This document shows, one piece after another, positions 40,101 to 54,300 of a stretch of DNA of 64,000 nucleotides; within the stretch, counting starts at the first letter, position 1; each line of letters begins with the position of its first letter. This DNA is from Eledone cirrhosa. Its lineage: Eukaryota. Position numbers and translations under genes: made by a program. The notes beneath the pieces were generated by a model. That model was not told where the DNA came from and ran no database searches. It saw nothing but the letters and a program-made list of their open reading frames with translations. The stretch spans positions 18,848,001 to 18,912,000 of the forward strand of contig OZ024764.1 in the NCBI GenBank assembly GCA_964016885.1, read 5' to 3'.

Positions 40101-40520
40101 AGTCCACACTGTAAAGTGGTCATGTAGGTGTCATAACAAAAAGTACCCAAACCACACTGTAAAGAGGTCATGTTGGTGACACAACAAAAAGTACCCAGTC
40201 CACACTGTAAAGTGGTCATGTAGGTGTCACAACAAAAAGTACCCAGTCCACATTGTAAAGTGGTCATGTAGGTGTCACAACAAAAAGTACCTAGTCCACA
40301 CTGTAAAGTGGTCATGTAGGTGTCACAACAAAAAGTACCCAGTCCACACTGTAAAGTGGTCATGTAGGTGTCACAACAAAAAGTACCCAATCCACACTGT
40401 AAAGAGGTCATGTTGGTGTCACAACAAAAAGTACCCAGTCCACACTGTAAAGTGGTCATGTAGGTGTCACAACAAAAAGTACCCAGTCCACACTGTAAAG
40501 TGGTCATGTAGGTGTCACAA
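28140..40520 (+). repeat. Tandem duplication of 6,141 bp (128 monomers)
   Basis: Rare variants lie exactly 6,141 bp apart: CACTAC 28621/34762, TTTGTCTC 29288/35429, CTGCAAAG 30853/36994, GTCCAAACTG 31611/37752, CCCAAACC 34010/40151 and CACATTG 34112/40253. Confidence 0.93.
32301..33835 (+). repeat. Representative copy of the dominant 32-monomer (1,535-bp) higher-order repeat unit
   Basis: Near-identical 1,535-bp units start at 20500, 32301, 38442, 43142, 48755 and 51009. The 511-aa ORF translations at 32342, 38483, 43183, 48796 and 51050 are near identical. Length variants start at 12877 (29-mer), 22754 (36-mer) and 41080 (28-mer). Confidence 0.9.
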
Positions 40521-40629
40521 CAAAAAGTACCCAGTCCACCCTGTAAAGTGGTCATATAGGTGTCACAACAAAAAGTACCCGGTCCACCCTGAAAATGTGT
40601 ATTGTTTGTGTCACAACAAAAAGTACCCA

Positions 40630-43600
40630 GTCCACACTGTAAAGTGGTCATGTAGGTGTCACAACAAAAAGTACCTAGTCCACACTGTAAAGTGGTCATG
40701 TAGGTGTCACAACAAAAAGTACCCAGTCCACACTGTAAAGTGGCCATGTAGGTGTCACAACAAAATATACCCAGTCCACACTGTAAAGTGGTCATGTAGG
40801 TGTCACAACAAAAAGTACCCAGTCCACACTGTAAAGTGGTCATGTAGGTGTCACAACAAAAAGTACCCAGCCCACACTGTAAAGTGGTCATGTAGGTGTC
40901 ACAACAAAAAGTACCCAGTCCACCCTGTAAAGTGGTCATATAGGTGTCACAACAAAAAGTACCCGGTCCACCCTGAAAATGGGTATTGTTTGTGTCACAA
41001 CAAAAAGTACCCAGTCCACACTGTAAAGTGGTCATGTATGTGTCACAACAAAAAGTACCCAATCCACACTTTAAAGTGGTCATGTAGTGTCACAACAAAA
41101 AGTACCCAGTCCACACTGTAATGTGGTCATGTAGGTGTCACAACAAAAAGTACCCAGTCCACCCTGTAAAGTGGTCATGTAGGTGTCACGACAAAAAGTA
41201 CCCAGTCCACACTGTAAAGTGGTCATGTAGGTGTCATAACAAAAAGTACCCAATCCACACTGTAAAGAGGTCATGTTGGTGTCACAACAAAAAGTACCCA
41301 GTCCACACTGTAAAGTGGTCATGTAGGTGTCACAACAAAAAGTACCCAGTCCACACTGTAAAGTGGTCATGTAGGTGTCACAACAAAAAGTACCCAGTCC
41401 ACACTGTAAAGTGGTCATGTAGGTGTCACAACAAAAAGTACCCAGTCCACACTGTAAAGTGGTCATGTAGGTGTCACAACAAAATATACCCAGTCCACAC
41501 TGTAAAGTGGTCATGTAGGTGTCACAACAAAAAGTACCCAGTCCACACTGTAAAGTGGTCATGTAGGTGTCACAACAAAAAGTACCCAGTCCACCCTGTA
41601 AAGTGGTCATGTATGTGTCACAACAAAAAGTACCTAGTCCACACTGTAAAGTGGTCATGTAGCTGTCACAACAAAAAGTACCCAGTCCACACTGTAATGT
41701 GGTCATGCAGGTTTCACAACAAAAAGTACCCAGTCCACACTGTAAAGTGGTCATGTAGGTGTCACAACAAAAAGTACCCAGTCCACACTGTAAAGAGGTC
41801 ATGTTGGTGTCACAACAAAAAGTACCCAGTCCACACTGTAAAGTGGTCATGTAGGTGTCACAACAAAAAGTACCCAGTCCACACTGTAAAGTGGTCATGT
41901 AGGTGTCACAACAAAAAGTACCCAGTCCACACTGTAAAGTGGTCATGTAGGTGTCACAACAAAAAGTACCCAGTCCACACTGTCAAGTGGTCATGTAGGT
42001 GTCACAACAAAAAGTACCCAATCCACACTGTAAAGTGGTCATGTAGGTGTCACAACAAAAAGTACCCAGTCCACACTGTAAAGTGGACATGTAGGTGTCA
42101 TGACAAAAAGTACCCAGTCCACACTGTAAAGTGGTCATGTAGGTGTCACAACAAAAAGTACACAGTCCACACTGTAAAGTGGTCATGTAGGTGTCACAAC
42201 AAAAAGTACCTAGTCCACACTGTAAAGTGGTCATGTAGGTGTCACAACAAAAAGTACCCAGTCCACACTGTAAAGTGGCCATGTAGGTGTCACAACAAAA
42301 TATACCCGGTCCACCCTGAAAATGGGTATTGTTTGTGTCACAACAAAAAGTACCCAGTCCACACTGTAAAGTGGTCATGTATGTGTCACAACAAAAAGTA
42401 CCCAATCCACACTTTAAAGTGGTCATGTAGTGTCACAACAAAAAGTACCCAGTCCACACTGTAATGTGGTCATGTAGGTGTCACAACAAAATATACCCAG
42501 TCCACCCTGTAAAGTGGTCATGTAGGTGTCACGACAAAAAGTACCCAGTCCACACTGTAAAGTGGTCATGTAGGTGTCATAACAAAAAGTACCCAAACCA
42601 CACTGTAAAGAGGTCATGTTGGTGACACAACAAAAAGTACCCAGTCCACACTGTAAAGTGGTCATGTAGGTGTCACAACAAAAAGTACCCAGTCCACATT
42701 GTAAAGTGGTCATGTAGGTGTCACAACAAAAAGTACCTAGTCCACACTGTAAAGTGGTCATGTAGGTGTCACAACAAAAAGTACCCAGTCCACACTGTAA
42801 AGTGGTCATGTAGGTGTCACAACAAAAAGTACCCAATCCACACTGTAAAGAGGTCATGTTGGTGTCACAACAAAAAATACCCAGTCCACACTGTAAAGTG
42901 GTCATGTAGGTGTCACAACAAAAAGTACCCAGTCCACACTGTAAAGTGGTCATGTAGGTGTCACAACAAAAAGTACCCAGTCCACCCTGTAAAGTGGTCA
43001 TATAGGTGTCACAACAAAAAGTACCCGGTCCACCCTGAAAATGTGTATTGTTTGTGTCACAACAAAAAGTACCCAGTCCACACTGTAAAGTGGTCATGTA
43101 TGTGTCACAACAAAAAGTACCCAATCCACACTTTAAAGTGGTCATGTAGTGTCACAACAAAAAGTACCCAGTCCACACTGTAATGTGGTCATGTAGGTGT
43201 CACAACAAAAAGTACCCAGTCCACCCTGTAAAGTGGTCATGTAGGTGTCACGACAAAAAGTACCCAGTCCACACTGTAAAGTGGTCATGTAGGTGTCATA
43301 ACAAAAAGTACCCAATCCATACTGTAAAGAGGTCATGTTGGTGTCACAACAAAAAGTACCCAGTCCACACTGTAAAGTGGTCATGTAGGTGTCACAACAA
43401 AAAGTACCCAGTCCACACTGTAAAGTGGTCATGTAGGTGTCACAACAAAAAGTACCCAGTCCACACTGTAAAGTGGTCATGTAGGTGTCACAACAAAAAG
43501 TACCCAGTCCACACTGTAAAGTGGTCATGTAGGTGTCACAACAAAATATACCCAGTCCACACTGTAAAGTGGTCATGTAGGTGTCACAACAAAAAGTACC

Positions 43601-46600
43601 CAGTCCACACTGTAAAGTGGTCATGTAGGTGTCACAACAAAAAGTACCCAGTCCACCCTGTAAAGTGGTCATGTATGTGTCACAACAAAAAGTACCTAGT
43701 CCACACTGTAAAGTGGTCATGTAGCTGTCACAACAAAAAGTACCCAGTCCACACTGTAATGTGGTCATGCAGGTTTCACAACAAAAAGTACCCAGTCCAC
43801 ACTGTAAAGTGGTCATGTAGGTGTCACAACAAAAAGTACCCAGTCCACACTGTAAAGAGGTCGTGTTGGTGTCACAACAAAAAGTACCCAGTCTACACTG
43901 TAAAGTGGTCATGTAGGTGTCACAACAAAAAGTACCCAGTCCACACTGTAAAGTGGTCATGTAGGTGTCACAACAAAAAGTACCCAGTGCACACTGTAAA
44001 GTGGTCATGTAGGTGTCACAACAAAAAGTACCCAGTCCACACTGTCAAGTGGTCATGTAGGTGTCACAACAAAAAGTACCCAATCCACACTGTAAAGTGG
44101 TCATGTAGGTGTCACAACAAAAAGTACCCAGTCCACACTGTAAAGTGGACATGTAGGTGTCATGACAAAAAGTACCCAGTCCACACTGTAAAGTGGTCAT
44201 GTAGGTGTCACAACAAAAAGTACACAGTCCACACTGTAAAGTGGTCATGTAGGTGTCACAACAAAAAGTACCTAGTCCACACTGTAAAGTGGTCATGTAG
44301 GTGTCACAACAAAAAGTACCCAGTCCACACTGTAAAGTGGCCATGTAGGTGTCACAACAAAATATACCCAGTCCACACTGTAAAGTGGTCATGTAGGTGT
44401 CACAACAAAAAGTACCCAGTCCACACTGTAAAGTGGTCATGTAGGTGTCACAACAAAAAGTACCCAGTCCACACTGTAAAGTGGTTATGTAGGTGTCACA
44501 ACAAAAAGTACCCAGTCCACCCTGTAAAGTGGTCATATAGGTGTCACAACAAAAAGTACCCGGTCCACCCTGAAAATGGGTATTGTTTGTGTCACAACAA
44601 AAAGTACCCAGTCCACACTGTAAAGTGGTCATGTATGTGTCACAACAAAAAGTACCCAATCCACACTTTAAAGTGGTCATGTAGTGTCACAACAAAAAGT
44701 ACCCAGTCCACACTGTAATGTGGTCATGTAGGTGTCACAACAAAAAGTACCCAGTCCACCCTGTAAAGTGGTCATGTAGGTGTCACGACAAAAAGTACCC
44801 AGTCCACACTGTAAAGTGGTCATGTAGGTGTCATAACAAAAAGTACCCAATCCACACTGTAAAGAGGTCATGTTGGTGACACAACAAAAAGTACCCAGTC
44901 CACACTGTAAAGTGGTCATGTAGGTGTCACAACAAAAAGTACCCAGTCCACATTGTAAAGTGGTCATGTAGGTGTCACAACAAAAAGTACCTAGTCCACA
45001 CTGTAAAGTGGTCATGTAGGTGTCACAACAAAAAGTACCCAGTCCACACTGTAAAGTGGTCATGTAGGTGTCACAACAAAATATACCCAGTCCACACTGT
45101 AAAGTGGTCATGTAGGTGTCACAACAAAAAGTACCCAGTCCACACTGTAAAGTGGTCATGTAGGTGTCACAACAAAAAGTACCCAATCCACACTGTAAAG
45201 TGGTCATGTAGGTGTCACAACAAAAAGTACCCAGTCCACCCTGTAAAGTGGTCATATATGTGTCATAACAAAAAGTACCCAGTCCACCCTGTAAAGTGGT
45301 CATGTATGTGTCACAACAAAAAGTACCCAGTCCACACTGTAAAGTGGTCATGTATGTGTCACAACAAAAAGTACCTAGTCCACACTGTAAAGTGGTCATG
45401 TAGGTGTCACAACAAAAAGTACCCAGTCCACACTGTAAAGTGGTCATGTAGGTGTCACAACAAAAAGTACCCAGTCCACACTGTAAAGTGGTCATGTAGG
45501 TGTCACAACAAAAAGTACCCAGTCCACACTGTCAAGTGGTCATGTAGGTGTCACAACAAAAAGTACCTAGTCCACACTGTAAAGTGGTCATGTAGCTGTC
45601 ACAACAAAAAGTACCCAGTCCACACTGTAATGTGGTCATGCAGGTTTCACAACAAAAAGTACCCAGTCCACACTGTAAAGTGGTCATGTAGGTGTCACAA
45701 CAAAAAGTACCCAGTCCACCCTGTAAAGTGGTCATGTAGGTGTCACGACAAAAAGTACCCAGTCCACACTGTAAAGTGGTCATGTAGGTGTCACAACAAA
45801 AAGTACCCAATCCACACTGTAAAGAGGTCATGTTGGTGTCACAACAAAAAGTACCCAGTCCACACTGTAAAGTGGTCATGTAGGTGTCACAACAAAAAGT
45901 ACCCAGTCCACACTGTAAAGTGGTCATGTAGGTGTCACAACAAAAAGTACCCAGTCCACACTGTAAAGTGGTCATGTAGGTGTCACAACAAAAAGTACCC
46001 AGTCCACACTGTCAAGTGGTCATGTAGGTGTCACAACAAAAAGTACCCAATCCACACTGTAAAGTGGTCATGTAGGTGTCACAACAAAAAGTACCCAGTC
46101 CACCCTGTAAAGTGGTCATATATGTGTCACAACAAAAAGTACCCAGTCCACCCTGTAAAGTGGTCATGTATGTGTCACAACAAAAAGTACCCAGTCCACA
46201 CTGTAAAGTGGTCATGTATGTGTCACAACAAAAAGTACCCAGTCCACACTGTAAAGTGGTCATGTAGGTGTCACAACAAAAAGTACCCAGTCCACACTGT
46301 AAAGTGGTCATGTAGGTGTCACAACAAAAAGTACCCAGTCCACACTGTAAAGTGGTCATGTAGGTGTCACAACAAAAAGTACCCAGTCCACACTGTAAAG
46401 TGGTCATGTAGGTGTCACAACAAAATATACCCAGTCCACACTGTAAAGTGGTCATGTAGGTGTCACAACAAAAAGTACCCAGTCCACACTGTAAAGTGGT
46501 CATGTAGGTGTCACAACAAAAAGTACCCAGTCCACACTGTCAAGTGGTCATGTAGGTGTCACAACAAAAAGTACCTAGTCCACACTGTAAAGTGGTCATG

Positions 46601-49600
46601 TAGCTGTCACAACAAAAAGTACCCAGTCCACACTGTAATGTGGTCATGCAGGTTTCACAACAAAAAGTACCCAGTCCACACTGTAATGTGGTCATGTAGC
46701 TGTCACAACAAAAAGTACCCAGTCCACACTGTAATGTGGTCATGCAGGTTTCACAACAAAAAGTACCCAGTCCACACTGTAAAGTGGTCATGTAGGTGTC
46801 ACAACAAAAAGTACCCAGTCCACACTGTAAAGTGGACATGTAGGTGTCATGACAAAAAGTACCCAGTCCACACTGTAAAGTGGTCATGTAGGTGTCACAA
46901 CAAAAAGTACACAGTCCACACTGTAAAGTGGTCATGTAGGTGTCACAACAAAAAGTACCTAGTCCACACTGTAAAGTGGTCATGTAGGTGTCACAACAAA
47001 AAGTACCCAGTCCACACTGTAAAGTGGCCATGTAGGTGTCACAACAAAATATACCCAGTCCACACTGTAAAGTGGTCATGTAGGTGTCACAACAAAAAGT
47101 ACCCAGTCCACACTGTAAAGTGGTCATGTAGGTGTCACAACAAAAAGTACCCAGTCCACACTGTAAAGTGGTCATGTAGGTGTCACAACAAAAAGTACCC
47201 AGTCCACCCTGTAAAGTGGTCATATAGGTGTCACAACAAAAAGTACCCGGTCCACCCTGAAAATGGGTATTGTTTGTGTCACAACAAAAAGTACCCAGTC
47301 CACACTGTAAAGTGGTCATGTATGTGTCACAACAAAAAGTACCCAATCCACACTTTAAAGTGGTCATGTAGTGTCACAACAAAAAGTACCCAGTCCACAC
47401 TGTAATGTGGTCATGTAGGTGTCACAACAAAAAGTACCCAATCCACACTGTAAAGTGGTCATGTAGGTGTCACAACAAAAAGTACCCAGTCCACCCTGTA
47501 AAGTGGTCATATATGTGTCACAACAAAAAGTACCCAGTCCACCCTGTAAAGTGGTCATGTATGTGTCACAACAAAAAGTACCCAGTCCACACTGTAAAGT
47601 GGTCATGTATGTGTCACAACAAAAAGTACCCAGTCCACACTGTAAAGTGGTCATGTAGGTGTCACAACAAAAAGTACCCAGTCCACACTGTAAAGTGGTC
47701 ATGTAGGTGTCACAACAAAAAGTACCCAGTCCACACTGTAAAGTGGTCATGTAGGTGTCACAACAAAAAGTACCCAGTCCACACTGTAAAGTGGTCATGT
47801 AGGTGTCACAACAAAATATACCCAGTCCACACTGTAAAGTGGTCATGTAGGTGTCACAACAAAAAGTACCCAGTCCACACTGTAAAGTGGTCATGTAGGT
47901 GTCACAACAAAAAGTACCCAGTCCACACTGTCAAGTGGTCATGTAGGTGTCACAACAAAAAGTACCTAGTCCACACTGTAAAGTGGTCATGTAGCTGTCA
48001 CAACAAAAAGTACCCAGTCCACACTGTAATGTGGTCATGCAGGTTTCACAACAAAAAGTACCCAGTCCACACTGTAATGTGGTCATGTAGCTGTCACAAC
48101 AAAAAGTACCCAGTCCACACTGTAATGTGGTCATGCAGGTTTCACAACAAAAAGTACCCAGTCCACACTGTAAAGTGGTCATGTAGGTGTCACAACAAAA
48201 AGTACCCAGTCCACACTGTAAAGTGGACATGTAGGTGTCATGACAAAAAGTACCCAGTCCACACTGTAAAGTGGTCATGTAGGTGTCACAACAAAAAGTA
48301 CACAGTCCACACTGTAAAGTGGTCATGTAGGTGTCACAACAAAAAGTACCTAGTCCACACTGTAAAGTGGTCATGTAGGTGTCACAACAAAAAGTACCCA
48401 GTCCACACTGTAAAGTGGCCATGTAGGTGTCACAACAAAATATACCCAGTCCACACTGTAAAGTGGTCATGTAGGTGTCACAACAAAAAGTACCCAGTCC
48501 ACACTGTAAAGTGGTCATGTAGGTGTCACAACAAAAAGTACCCAGTCCACACTGTAAAGTCGTCATGTAGGTGTCACAACAAAAAGTACCCAGTCCACCC
48601 TGTAAAGTGGTCATATAGGTGTCACAACAAAAAGTACCCGGTCCACCCTGAAAATGGGTATTGTTTGTGTCACAACAAAAAGTACCCAGTCCACACTGTA
48701 AAGTGGTCATGTATGTGTCACAACAAAAAGTACCCAATCCACACTTTAAAGTGGTCATGTAGTGTCACAACAAAAAGTACCCAGTCCACACTGTAATGTG
48801 GTCATGTAGGTGTCACAACAAAAAGTACCCAGTCCACCCTGTAAAGTGGTCATGTAGGTGTCACGACAAAAAGTACCCAGTCCACACTGTAAAGTGGTCA
48901 TGTAGGTGTCATAACAAAAAGTACCCAATCCACACTGTAAAGAGGTCATGTTGGTGTCACAACAAAAAGTACCCAGTCCACACTGTAAAGTGGTCATGTA
49001 GGTGTCACAACAAAAAGTACCCAGTCCACACTGTAAAGTGGTCATGTAGGTGTCACAACAAAAAGTACCCAGTCCACACTGTAAAGTGGTCATGTAGGTG
49101 TCACAACAAAAAGTACCCAGTCCACACTGTAAAGTGGTCATGTAGGTGTCACAACAAAATATACCCAGTCCACACTGTAAAGTGGTCATGTAGGTGTCAC
49201 AACAAAAAGTACCCAGTCCACACTGTAAAGTGGTCATGTAGGTGTCACAACAAAAAGTACCCAGTCCACCCTGTAAAGTGGTCATGTATGTGTCACAACA
49301 AAAAGTACCTAGTCCACACTGTAAAGTGGTCATGTAGCTGTCACAACAAAAAGTACCCAGTCCACACTGTAATGTGGTCATGCAGGTTTCACAACAAAAA
49401 GTACCCAGTCCACACTGTAAAGTGGTCATGTAGGTGTCACAACAAAAAGTACCCAGTCCACACTGTAAAGAGGTCATGTTGGTGTCACAACAAAAAGTAC
49501 CCAGTCAACACTGTAAAGTGGTCATGTAGGTGTCACAACAAAAAGTACCCAGTCCACACTGTAAAGTGGTCATGTAGGTGTCACAACAAAAAGTACCCAG

Positions 49601-52600
49601 TCCACACTGTAAAGTGGTCATGTAGGTGTCACAACAAAAAGTACCCAGTCCACACTGTCAAGTGGTCATGTAGGTGTCACAACAAAAAGTACCCAATCCA
49701 CACTGTAAAGTGGTCATGTAGGTGTCACAACAAAAAGTACCCAGTCCACACTGTAAAGTGGACATGTAGGTGTCATGACAAAAAGTACCCAGTCCACACT
49801 GTAAAGTGGTCATGTAGGTGTCACAACAAAAAGTACACAGTCCACACTGTAAAGTGGTCATGTAGGTGTCACAACAAAAAGTACCTAGTCCACACTGTAA
49901 AGTGGTCATGTAGGTGTCACAACAAAAAGTACCCAGTCCACACTGTAAAGTGGCCATGTAGGTGTCACAACAAAATATACCCAGTCCACACTGTAAAGTG
50001 GTCATGTAGGTGTCACAACAAAAAGTACCCAGTCCACACTGTAAAGTGGTCATGTAGGTGTCACAACAAAAAGTACCCAGTCCACACTGTAAAGTGGTCA
50101 TGTAGGTGTCACAACAAAAAGTACCCAGTCCACCCTGTAAAGTGGTCATATAGGTGTCACAACAAAAAGTACCCGGTCCACCCTGAAAATGGGTATTGTT
50201 TGTGTCACAACAAAAAGTACCCAGTCCACACTGTAAAGTGGTCATGTATGTGTCACAACAAAAAGTACCCAATCCACACTTTAAAGTGGTCATGTAGTGT
50301 CACAACAAAAAGTACCCAGTCCACACTGTAATGTGGTCATGTAGGTGTCACAACAAAATATACCCAGTCCACCCTGTAAAGTGGTCATGTAGGTGTCACG
50401 ACAAAAAGTACCCAGTCCACACTGTAAAGTGGTCATGTAGGTGTCATAACAAAAAGTACCCAAACCACACTGTAAAGAGGTCATGTTGGTGACACAACAA
50501 AAAGTACCCAGTCCACACTGTAAAGTGGTCATGTAGGTGTCACAACAAAAAGTACCCAGTCCACATTGTAAAGTGGTCATGTAGGTGTCACAACAAAAAG
50601 TACCTAGTCCACACTGTAAAGTGGTCATGTAGGTGTCACAACAAAAAGTACCCAGTCCACACTGTAAAGTGGTCATGTAGGTGTCACAACAAAAAGTACC
50701 CAATCCACACTGTAAAGAGGTCATGTTGGTGTCACAACAAAAAGTACCCAGTCCACACTGTAAAGTGGTCATGTAGGTGTCACAACAAAAAGTACCCAGT
50801 CCACACTGTAAAGTGGTCATGTAGGTGTCACAACAAAAAGTACCCAGTCCACCCTGTAAAGTGGTCATATAGGTGTCACAACAAAAAGTACCCGGTCCAC
50901 CCTGAAAATGGGTATTGTTTGTGTCACAACAAAAAGTACCCAGTCCACACTGTAAAGTGGTCATGTATGTGTCACAACAAAAAGTACCCAATCCACACTT
51001 TAAAGTGGTCATGTAGTGTCACAACAAAAAGTACCCAGTCCACACTGTAATGTGGTCATGTAGGTGTCACAACAAAAAGTACCCAGTCCACCCTGTAAAG
51101 TGGTCATGTAGGTGTCACGACAAAAAGTACCCAGTCCACACTGTAAAGTGGTCATGTAGGTGTCATAACAAAAAGTACCCAATCCATACTGTAAAGAGGT
51201 TATGTTGGTGTCACAACAAAAAGTACCCAGTCCACACTGTAAAGTGGTCATGTAGGTGTCACAACAAAAAGTACCCAGTCCACACTGTAAAGTGGTCATG
51301 TAGGTGTCACAACAAAAAGTACCCAGTCCACACTGTAAAGTGGTCATGTAGGTGTCACAACAAAAAGTACCCAGTCCACACTGTAAAGTGGTCATGTAGG
51401 TGTCACAACAAAATATACCCAGTCCACACTGTAAAGTGGTCATGTAGGTGTCACAACAAAAAGTACCCAGTCCACACTGTAAAGTGGTCATGTAGGTGTC
51501 ACAACAAAAAGTACCCAGTCCCCCCTGTAAAGTGGTCATGTATGTGTCACAACAAAAAGTACCTAGTCCACACTGTAAAGTGGTCATGTAGCTGTCACAA
51601 CAAAAAGTACCCAGTCCACACTGTAATGTGGTCATGCAGGTTTCACAACAAAAAGTACCCAGTCCACACTGTAAAGTGGTCATGTAGGTGTCACAACAAA
51701 AAGTACCCAGTCCACACTGTAAAGAGGTCGTGTTGGTGTCACAACAAAAAGTACCCAGTCTACACTGTAAAGTGGTCATGTAGGTGTCACAACAAAAAGT
51801 ACCCAGTCCACACTGTAAAGTGGTCATGTAGGTGTCACAACAAAAAGTACCCAGTGCACACTGTAAAGTGGTCATGTAGGTGTCACAACAAAAATTACCC
51901 AGTCCACACTGTCAAGTGGTCATGTAGGTGTCACAACAAAAAGTACCCAATCCACACTGTAAAGTGGTCATGTAGGTGTCACAACAAAAAGTACCCAGTC
52001 CACACTGTAAAGTGGACATGTAGGTGTCATGACAAAAAGTACCCAGTCCACACTGTAAAGTGGTCATGTAGGTGTCACAACAAAAAGTACACAGTCCACA
52101 CTGTAAAGTGGTCATGTAGGTGTCACAACAAAAAGTACCTAGTCCACACTGTAAAGTGGTCATGTAGGTGTCACAACAAAAAGTACCCAGTCCACACTGT
52201 AAAGTGGCCATGTAGGTGTCACAACAAAATATACCCAGTCCACACTGTAAAGTGGTCATGTAGGTGTCACAACAAAAAGTACCCAGTCCACACTGTAAAG
52301 TGGTCATGTAGGTGTCACAACAAAAAGTACCCAGTCCACACTGTAAAGTGGTCATGTAGGTGTCACAACAAAAAGTACCCAGTCCACCCTGTAAAGTGGT
52401 CATATAGGTGTCACAACAAAAAGTACCCGGTCCACCCTGAAAATGGGTATTGTTTGTGTCACAACAAAAAGTACCCAGTCCACACTGTAAAGTGGTCATG
52501 TATGTGTCACAACAAAAAGTACCCAATCCACACTTTAAAGTGGTCATGTAGTGTCACAACAAAAAGTACCCAGTCCACACTGTAATGTGGTCATGTAGGT

Positions 52601-54300
52601 GTCACAACAAAAAGTACCCAGTCCACCCTGTAAAGTGGTCATGTAGGTGTCACGACAAAAAGTACCCAGTCCACACTGTAAAGTGGTCATGTAGGTGTCA
52701 TAACAAAAAGTACCCAATCCACACTGTAAAGAGGTCATGTTGGTGACACAACAAAAAGTACCCAGTCCACACTGTAAAGTGGTCATGTAGGTGTCACAAC
52801 AAAAAGTACCCAGTCCACACTGTAAAGTGGTCATGTAGGTGTCACAACAAAAAGTACCTAGTCCACACTGTAAAGTGGTCATGTAGGTGTCACAACAAAA
52901 AGTACCCAGTCCACACTGTAAAGTGGTCATGTAGGTGTCACAACAAAATATACCCAGTCCACACTGTAAAGTGGTCATGTAGGTGTCACAACAAAAAGTA
53001 CCCAGTCCACACTGTAAAGTGGTCATGTAGGTGTCACAACAAAAAGTACCCAATCCACACTGTAAAGTGGTCATGTAGGTGTCACAACAAAAAGTACCCA
53101 GTCCACCCTGTAAAGTGGTCATATATGTGTCATAACAAAAAGTACCCAGTCCACCCTGTAAAGTGGTCATGTATGTGTCACAACAAAAAGTACCCAGTCC
53201 ACACTGTAAAGTGGTCATGTATGTGTCACAACAAAAAGTACCCAGTCCACACTGTAAAGTGGTCATGTAGGTGTCACAACAAAAAGTACCCAGTCCACAC
53301 TGTAAAGTGGTCATGTAGGTGTCACAACAAAAAGTACCCAGTCCACACTGTAAAGTGGTCATGTAGGTGTCACAACAAAAAGTACCTAGTCCACACTGTA
53401 AAGTGGTCATGTAGCTGTCACAACAAAAAGTACCCAGTCCACACTGTAATGTGGTCATGCAGGTTTCACAACAAAAAGTACCCAGTCCACACTGTAAAGT
53501 GGTCATGTAGGTGTCACAACAAAAAGTACCCAGTCCACCCTGTAAAGTGGTCATGTAGGTGTCACGACAAAAAGTACCCAGTCCACACTGTAAAGTGGTC
53601 ATGTAGGTGTCACAACAAAAAGTACCCAATCCACACTGTAAAGAGGTCATGTTGGTGTCACAACAAAAAGTACCCAGTCCACACTGTAAAGTGGTCATGT
53701 AGGTGTCACAACAAAAAGTACCCAGTCCACACTGTAAAGTGGTCATGTAGGTGTCACAACAAAAAGTACCCAGTCCACACTGTAAAGTGGTCATGTAGGT
53801 GTCACAACAAAAAGTACCCAGTCCACACTGTCAAGTGGTCATGTAGGTGTCACAACAAAAAGTACCCAATCCACACTGTAAAGTGGTCATGTAGGTGTCA
53901 CCACAAAAAGTACCCAGTCCACCCTGTAAAGTGGTCATGTATGTGTCACAACAAAAAGTACCCAGTCCACCCTGTAAAGTGGTCATGTATGTGTCACAAC
54001 AAAAAGTACCCAGTCCACACTGTAAAGTGGTCATGTATGTGTCACAACAAAAAGTACCCAGTCCACACTGTAAAGTGGTCATGTAGGTGTCACAACAAAA
54101 AGTACCCAGTCCACACTGTAAAGTGGTCATGTAGGTGTCACAACAAAAAGTACCCAGTCCACACTGTAAAGTGGTCATGTAGGTGTCACAACAAAAAGTA
54201 CCCAGTCCACACTGTAAAGTGGTCATGTAGGTGTCACAACAAAATATACCCAGTCCACACTGTAAAGTGGTCATGTAGGTGTCACAACAAAAAGTACCCA
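40630..54300 (+). repeat. About 5.9-kb block repeated at about 7.7-7.9 kb offset (about 40630-46500 vs 48300-54300)
   Basis: Rare variants lie 7,867 bp apart: AATCCATAC 43320/51187, GGTCGTG 43863/51730, GTCTACAC 43894/51761, CAGTGCAC 43989/51856 and ATGTGTCATAAC 45266/53133. The offset is 7,675 on the left and 7,819 on the right. Confidence 0.9.
46020..48800 (+). repeat. Tandem duplication of 29 monomers (1,391 bp)
   Basis: ORF edges 46076/47467, 46540/47931 and 47364/48755 are all offset by 1,391 bp, with the same variant order. Confidence 0.88.
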
